From the NCBI RefSeq assembly GCF_009914755.1, contig NC_060939.1: DNA of 64,000 nucleotides. One strand, given 5' to 3'. The notes beneath the pieces are model-generated. The model saw nothing but the letters and a program-made list of their open reading frames with translations. It made no database searches and was not told the DNA's origin. Every line of letters begins with the position of its first letter. Position 1 is the first letter of the stretch. Below are positions 57,124-64,000 of the stretch, piece after piece. A program made the position numbers and the translations under genes. This DNA is from the human T2T-CHM13v2.0 reference genome, Homo sapiens.

Positions 57124-57270
57124 CTGGCCCCAGGGCCCCACCACCCACTGCGTGCAGGGGTGGGTGTTGCAGGGCCGGGTGGTGTTGGGTCTCAGCGCCT
57201 CCTCGCAGAGGCCTGGCTCCGGGCAGGTCACTAGACGCTGCTGCTCACCACCGCCACAGGCCTCGGAGCA
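57124..57270 (-). CDS. ADAMTS7: ADAMTS7 exon (TSP1 repeat), 147 nt
   Basis: CSEACGGGEQQRLVTC...TQWVVGPWGQ; AG/GT sites. Confidence 0.95.
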
Positions 57271-57350
57271 CTGGGTGGGCAGGGAAGGAGTCAGGGCACA
57301 GCCAGGGTCTGAGGGCGTCCCCTCCCCCCAACTCAACGGCCAGGCCTCAC

Positions 57351-57524
57351 CTCCCTCCAGGAAGATGTGTACCAGCTGAGGCAGGGCTGGGCCCCGCAGG
57401 GCCGGTGCGCAGGCGGCTTGGCAGGCCCGGGCTGACAATGGAAGGGCCGCAGTGGCCGGAGGTCCCGTGTGTCCACACACTGCACGTCCCGCACTGAGGA
57501 ACCTCCGCCGCAGCTGCGGGAGCA
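57351..57524 (-). CDS. ADAMTS7: ADAMTS7 exon (TSP1 repeat), 174 nt
   Basis: CSRSCGGGSSVRDVQC...LSWYTSSWRE; AG/GT sites; followed by an 80-nt intron. Confidence 0.95.
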
Positions 57525-57978
57525 CTGGGGACCGAGAGACGTGTATGGACACATCCCCATGTGCAGGCCCACAGGCGTGACCCCGTGAGGTGTGTGGCGG
57601 GAAAGGCATCAGGCCCACGCCCCAGCCCGGGGGAATAGCTGAAGAACCCCAGCGAGAGGCCAAGGCTGGCAGGCCCCAGGCAAAAGGTGGCATGGCCAGG
57701 GGCTGCCACGGGCTGGGACAGACAGAGAAAGGGAGGAACAAAGGCAAGCTGGTGAAAGACAAGTCCAGATGGGGTCAAAGATACAGAGGAAAGGAGACAG
57801 GCCAAGCCAGACAAAGATGAGAAGACTCCCAAGAGATTCAGAATCCGGTGCGATCGGGCACACAGATGTGCAGCCTGGGGCCCTCCCCTTCCCTGCTGCT
57901 CTCAGAACACAGGCCGTGGGGAACCAGGGCTCCACCCCATGCCCTGGGAATGCCTGTCCTGGCTCCATCCTCACGCAC

Positions 57979-58131
57979 CTTACTCCAGTTGCCTGAGTGC
58001 CAGGTGGCACAGGGCCGCAGGTGGCAGCGGCGGGCAGGCTGGGGCCGGCCAGCGGGGGCGCAGTCCTCATCCCGGCCGGAGCTACAGCGCACCGGCCTCC
58101 AGACCGCACCCAGGCCACAGGTGGTAGAGCA
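57979..58131 (-). CDS. ADAMTS7: ADAMTS7 exon (TSP1 repeat), 153 nt
   Basis: CSTTCGLGAVWRPVRC...ATWHSGNWSK; AG/GT sites. Confidence 0.95.
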
Positions 58132-59068
58132 CTGCGGGGCAGAGACCCGTGAAAGCCAGGCAGATCCCATCCCCACCAGGCCTCCACAGCCAGGAAACTA
58201 CCCACCTAGGCTAGCGAGACCTCAGCAAGACAGGGGCCCTCTTCTGGGCCTCAGTTTCCTTATTTGCAAAATAGGCTCCTTCACCCACCTCCCAGGAAGA
58301 CCGTGAGAATGAAAAGTCAAATCCCCTCAGCAACCAGCCGTCCCTGCTCACATGGGACAAAGGGCCTGTGTTCCAGTGTCATTGGTGCAGAGGTGGGGGG
58401 AGGGGACCCTGTGGGCACCCCGACCAGCTATCTTGACCAGCCTCGTCGCTTCCCAGAGGCACCAGGGAAGGAAGGCTGGGTCCTGGTACCAGCAGCCAAA
58501 TCGCTGGGTATCCCTGCGCAAAACAAGCCCTGTGGGCCTCAGCCTGCCCCTTCCCGCCCCAAAATTAGGGATCTGAACAGAAGCTTCCTTCTCCTGCAGT
58601 GACCATCTGGGGACCCAGGGAGGGGCACTAGCCAGCTTCTTTCTGGCAGCTCAGACCCCTGCAGGTCACTGCCAAAGGAGGGTGGAGCCACTGAGGGCAG
58701 AGCCAGGTGGCAGTGGGCTGAGCCCAGCCTGGAGAAGCCAGGTCCAGCCTCAGGGAAGCTGCTGCCTGCTGGGGAGGACTGGGCCTGGCGGCCATGCGGG
58801 GACCCTCCCCACTGCACAGCTGTCTGAGCCAGCTCCATTCTGGGGTGTGCTGTGCTGCCAGAGTGTGCCTGCCCCTGCCTTCCCTGAGGCCCCCTGTGCT
58901 GCCCAGGAATGGGGCCCGGGGTCCCCTCATCCCCCTAATCCTGGGAACCCCTGCCCCAAGAGAGGCTAGACAGACGGCGCCTGTGTCCCACTCTGCTCAT
59001 TTTCAGATGAGGAAATAGTCACCAAGGTCCCCCGCAAACTCCCTGCCCGCCCAGCCCACACCACTTGC

Positions 59069-60475
59069 CTCGCTCCAGTTTCCCGCTTGCCAGCTGGCGT
59101 TCCTGACAACCAACGGGTCCGCGGGGGGCCCCGCTTCAGCCAGGCTGGGAGCCAGCGGCTGGGTCTCAGGGACTCTGTGGCTGTTGGCGGGGCTGTCCCA
59201 AGCTGGTGTGGACAGCAGCCTAGAGCTCAGGGGCACCTCAGGGCTGAGGGACTCAGGCTGACCCTTGGGTCCTGGGTTCAGGGCAGGCTCAGGCATGTGC
59301 CCGAGGCCAGTCAGGGTTGTGGGGAGGAAGGTCCCCCACACTGCCACAGTCTGCAGGTCCCATGAGCCTGGTCCTGGGGCTGGGAAGGAGGGAGTCCCCG
59401 GCTCCAGGGAACTGTCCCTGACCTTCATCTCTGGCAGAGGGGCTATGGGAGGAGGAAGGAGAGAAGCCACCCCAACAGTGGGCCACAGTTCACTGTCCAC
59501 AGGCCCCAGGCCACCCTCCAGAGCTGGCTCCCAGGCCACTGTGCCTCCTGTCCACAGCTCCGCCACGTCAGGACTAGGAGAGGAGTGGGTGCTGCCAACA
59601 GGGGACAAAGGGGGCAGCGTGGAGCTGGGTCTCGGGGGCAGGTGGGGTGCTCCGCGGCCCTTGGGTTCCTCATCATCCTTGAAAACCTCATTGGTCCTGT
59701 CCCGCCATGGAGGGGGCAGCTGGCTCTGGCTGTCCTTGCCAACTGGGAAATCATTTTGGCTCTCAGGGGTGGCAGGTGTCTGCAGGCCATCAGTGGAAAC
59801 CCTGGGCCAGGACAGGCTGGGGAGCCCAAGATCTGGGGCCCCTATGGGGGTGTCTTCCTCAGGCAGGAAATTGATCAAAGGGTTCCCAGGGGTCTGCTCT
59901 GAGGGTGGGGGTGGGGAGCGGCCGGCCTGGCTAGGCCAAGGGCTCGGGGACCAAGGTCCCAGTACCCCCTCCTCCTTGGCTGCAGGAGGCTCTGTGGCAG
60001 GCACAGGGCTACCCGTGGAGGGCGCAGCAGGACGGCTGTGTGGTGGGGGTGTCCGGTCCCCTGTCCCCGCCAGGTCTAGATCGGGCTCCTCAGAGGGCCC
60101 GTAGGACAGATCCTCGTGGAAATTGATGAAATTGTAGTCGTAGTAGAAGTCGTCCACAAACACGGGCCCCGGCAGGTCCAGCTCTGGAGCCTCCTCCTCA
60201 ATGGCGTTGCCCATGGTGCCTGGCTTGGGTGATGAGGCGGGTGAAGGGCGTGGGGCCAGGTGGTGCGGGATGAAGTCAGCCTCGTTGAAGAGCTCGTGGC
60301 TGGAGGAGCCGCTGCCTGAGCCTTCAGGGCCCAGTGTGCCCAGGGGCCACCGACAGAGTGGCAGAGAGCAGGTGACTTCGCTGGCTGGCTGCTGGGCCTC
60401 GTCACAGGGGACACCGGTGTCATTGGTGCAGAGGACATTTCGGCGCTGAGTGCCCTCCCCACATGTCACTGAGCA
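59069..60475 (-). CDS. ADAMTS7: ADAMTS7 large exon (TSP1 plus mucin/proteoglycan spacer), 1407 nt
   Basis: Open frame CSVTCGEGTQRR...EGSGSGS...VDDFYYDYNFINFHEDLSY...WQAGNWSE; GC donor. Confidence 0.96.
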
Positions 60476-60802
60476 CTGCAGGGGAAGCCAGGGTGAGGGG
60501 CTTACCCTGGGAGGCAGGCTGCCAGGGGACGCTGGGGCAAGGCTGGGTAACCTGTCCACTGCCCGATGTCAGAGTGGCAGAGACCCCAGCCAGCCCTCTC
60601 TGGCACTGCCCAGCTCAAGGCCATGACTCTGGCCATGCTTGCCAGGGGCTTCCTGATCCCTGAGGCTTTAGAGTCAGGGGCTGGACCCTGGAATGCCCAG
60701 GTTCCCTCCCACCCACAAGGTCTCCAGGAAGGCTGTCTGCCTCCCTGTAGCCGAAGACCAAGGGTGGAGCTGAAGGTCGGCCCCCTCCCATCCCACACTC
60801 AC

Positions 60803-61016
60803 CTGAGACCAGTTCCCCACAGCCCAGGTGGCCGGACAGGGTACATGGCGGTTGCAAGGGGTTTCAGTAGGGGGCCGGGGAAGGTGTTCACAGGCGGGTG
60901 GCTCCAGGGCGCTCTGCTCATCCAGCCCCACGCTGCGGATGCAGAGCACGGCCCGGCGGGAGAGGCCCCCAGGCCCGCAGGAGCTGGAGCACAGCTGCCA
61001 CTCACCTGCCCACCAC
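60803..61016 (-). CDS. ADAMTS7: ADAMTS7 exon (TSP1 repeat), 214 nt
   Basis: WWAGEWQLCSSSCGPGG...CPATWAVGNWSQ; AG/GT sites. Confidence 0.95.
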
Positions 61017-61447
61017 CTGGCGAGGGCACACAGGTGGCATCAGTGTGGCATCAGACAGGTGGCCTGCAGGCTCACCAGCAGGGGGGGCCAGGCTGGGCTT
61101 CCAGGCCCTCGGCATTTGGGTAGAGCTGGGACTGAGGCCAGTGGTTGATTCTCCAGAGCTCCAAGCTCAGGTAAGTGTCCTGCCCTCAAAGCCTGGTGAC
61201 ATGGCACAGCCCCTCCGCTCCTGCCAGCCTCCCCTCAGGAAAACTGAGCATGACCTAAGGCCTGTTTCCACATCCAGGGACCCAAAGAGGAGGACCACAG
61301 GTGTCCAGGCTGGCCTAGGCTGGGGTGAGGGGTAACCGGGGGTTGGGGCTTCAGCCTTGGGAAGAGAATAAAAGCCCGGCTCCCTCTGCTCCTCCCCAGG
61401 GCCTCCAGGGACCCAGATGTAGGGACCTGTGGCAGACCCAGGATGCC

Positions 61448-61548
61448 TGGGGGTGGGGAGTTGGCGGGGGATGGGGGTGGGGAGTTGGCGGGGGATGGGG
61501 TGGGGAGTTGGCGGGGGATGGGGGTGGGGAGTTGGCGGGGGATGGGGG
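61448..61548. repeat. 24-bp G-rich VNTR, about 4.2 copies
   Basis: (tgggggtggggagttggcggggga)n, one unit 23 bp. Confidence 0.93.
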
Positions 61549-61557
61549 CGGGCTCAC

Positions 61558-61684
61558 CTGGCAGGGCAGGGCTGCTCGCTGCACTTCCTCTGTTGGTCAT
61601 CAGGCCGGCCCAGGGGGTCACAGTGCTCCTCGTCCACGGGCCCTGCCTGCCGCTCCAAGCAGTACACATTCTGCCTCTGCACAC
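61558..61684 (-). CDS. ADAMTS7: ADAMTS7 exon (TSP1 repeat), 127 nt; gene continues beyond the window
   Basis: VQRQNVYCLERQAGPVDEEHCDPLGRPDDQQRKCSEQPCPA; AG/GT sites; phases of all eight exons are compatible. Confidence 0.95.
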
Positions 61685-61909
61685 CTAGGGGCCACGGGGC
61701 TCAGCCTGGGACTGGCACCCAGGTGCCCACCACCCAAGACCCAAAGACACCCTCTCTGCCAGAACCCTCCCAGAACAGCGCCTTACTGCCCGTGTCAGGA
61801 TGCCTTACTGCCCATGTCAGGATGAAGGCAGACCTCCACCGTCGCCTCCTCACTGTCCTCCTGGTTCTCACCCGCCCCCTCTCCTATGTAGCCTCCCCTC
61901 TGACTGGAG

Positions 61910-62150
61910 GGGTGGCAGAGTGTGGATGTTTAGTGGGTTGGGTGCCCAGACCCTCTGCATCCCAGCTGAGATGCCTGGGCAGCTCATTTGGCCTCTCTGA
62001 ACCTCAGTGTCCTCCTCTGTAAAGTGGGAGCAACAATCCTGCCTCCTCCATGTCCTGGAGGGAGGACTGCGTGTGTTCTTGCATATGCAGGCTCAGCCCG
62101 TGCCCGGCACATCCTAAGAGCTCGATCCATGCCAGCTGCTGTTAGCATGC
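61910..62150 (+). mobile_element. MIR SINE
   Basis: ctctctgaacctcagtgtcctcctctgtaaagtggg core. Confidence 0.65.
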
Positions 62151-62163
62151 AAACCCAGCCATG

Positions 62164-62484
62164 GCTCCTGCCACCCTCCCCTCAGGGAAACTGAGAGTGA
62201 CCTGAGGCCTATTTCCACATCCAGGGACCCAAAGAGGAGGACCACAAGTGTCCAGGCTGGCCCAGGCTGGGGTGAGGGGTGACCGGGGGCTGGGGCTTCA
62301 GCCTTGGGAACAGAATGAAAGCCCGATTCCCTCTGCTCCTTCCCGGGGCTGGCTTGGGTGATGAGGCGGGTGAAGGGCATGAGGCCAGGTGGCGCAGGAT
62401 GAAGTCAACCTCATTGAAGAGCTCGTGGCTGGAGGAGCCGCTGCCTGAGCCTTCAGGGCCCAGTGTGTCCGGGGGCCACCGACA
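62164..62484. repeat. Chimeric local duplication of 61217-61402 joined to 60221-60355
   Basis: Ungapped alignments by eye, about 91% and 94% identity. Confidence 0.93.
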
Positions 62485-63305
62485 CATCATCCCACCATCC
62501 ACACCCTTCCCAATGGCTCAGAGAACCTCCGGACAAGAAATGGGGCATCAAGGGGCAGCCCCTGCTCTCCATCCCCACACCAGGCTTGGCACTGCTCCTG
62601 TCCTTCACACCCTCTGTCACTGCCAACCCTGGGGCCTTTGCACAGCCACGCTCCTCACCTTGGACACTCACTTCCATACTGCCTGTTGAGGCCCAGCTGC
62701 AGGACCCCCTCTGCTGGTGGCTCTGCCTTCTCTGCTCCACCCCCTGCCCCGTGGTCCCGAGAGTAAGTTGTCCCTCCCCTGAGCTGCCAGTCCCACATCC
62801 GTCCCCCTCTTTCCTCACCAACAGATTCTGATTTTGTTCAAGACAGCAATGGGACCTGCTGAAAACACACCCCACTGCCGCTCCCTTGCAACTAGGGGGG
62901 TCTGGGACACAGTCCTGGCTCGGGAGAAAAAGGCACAAGTCCCTCGCTGGGAGTCAGCCCTTTTCCCTCTCCTTCTTCCTGCCCAGAACACTGCAAGAGC
63001 CCTGGAAGGGAGGACACCATCTGTGGCAAGCAGGAGTGGAGGGGAGGCTGCTGTGACAAGGACGGTGTGGCTGAGGGCCAGTCAGCTCCAGGTCCCGCCA
63101 GCTTAGACTGTGCATCTGGGACTTCCTGCCTGAGACAAAGAACCCCTGTCTGTTCCAGCCACCACAGGGCACTTGCCTCTGCAGAGGCTCCCAAGTGGTC
63201 CACCTGCGAAGCAGCCAATTTGCTGAAAGACAGTTCCCCAAATGTCTAGTGCTGCAAGTGTATTTGTTGGTTTTCAAGTTTGTCCAATTAAAGACACCTG
63301 TATTA

Positions 63306-63714
<409 letters not shown>

Positions 63715-63807
63715 TCACTTTGTCATCATAATAGCATTTGAAGGAATGCTCAAATGTCTGTATCTCAGATTCCCAATTCTGAGACCCTGAGGATACTGAG
63801 TGTCAAC

Positions 63808-64000
63808 AATGGGAAGACTGAGGGGAAAAGGGGAGAACTAAGAGACAAAGGGGGAAACTGAGGTGTGGGGAGATCAAGGAACGGCAGGGGAGACCAAGCA
63901 GGGGGAGGAAGACCGAGGGGCGTTGGTGGGGGGGACTAGGGGGCTGGGGGGAGACCAAGGAATGGTGGGGGAGACCGAGCTGTGAGAGGAGGACTGAGGG
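63808..64000. repeat. Degenerate G/A-rich minisatellite
   Basis: Recurring ggggagaccaagg / ggagactgagg motifs running off the window end. Confidence 0.6.

Noticed and set aside
59265-60104. 279-aa plus-strand ORF
   Set aside because: Antisense shadow of the GC-rich ADAMTS7 exon
52846-61684. ADAMTS7 pseudogene (ADAMTS7P) rather than the gene
   Set aside because: All eight exons are open, phase-compatible and have usable splice sites through to the normal stop; the 5' part is outside the window, so a small doubt remains

Overview
Human (hominid) genomic DNA, recognisable as the chromosome 15q25.1 segmental-duplication mosaic at the 3' end of ADAMTS7. This identification is from recognition of the translated exons; no search was run. 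Left to right: (1) about 13 kb of repeat-rich DNA (MIR, MaLR LTRs, Alus, old L1, an ERVK-like solo LTR); (2) a full-length but dead L1PA2/3-type LINE-1 (13223-19254, +) with a perfect 12-bp TSD and an open antisense ORF0; (3) an unprocessed GOLGA6-type golgin pseudogene (+, about 20570-30720), with an open spliced frame of about 327 codons before a nonsense codon and a 3' internal deletion; (4) two DNM1 pseudogene fragments (-) separated by about 8.6 kb of unassigned DNA; (5) an orphan TBC1D2B terminal exon and 3'UTR (+, 46538 to about 49945); (6) the last eight coding exons of an intact ADAMTS7 (-, 61684 to 52846), including a GC-AG intron. No CRISPR, tRNA/rRNA or prokaryotic system is present, and I found no wholly new gene system. 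The least-explained structure is a 321-bp order-permuted copy of ADAMTS7 intron and mucin-exon sequence inside ADAMTS7's own intron (62164-62484). Other notable items are a double TPRT insertion at one target site, a preserved DNM1 microexon, a strengthened ORF0 splice donor and Alu-coincident duplicon junctions. Repeat family names and boundaries are by eye and approximate.
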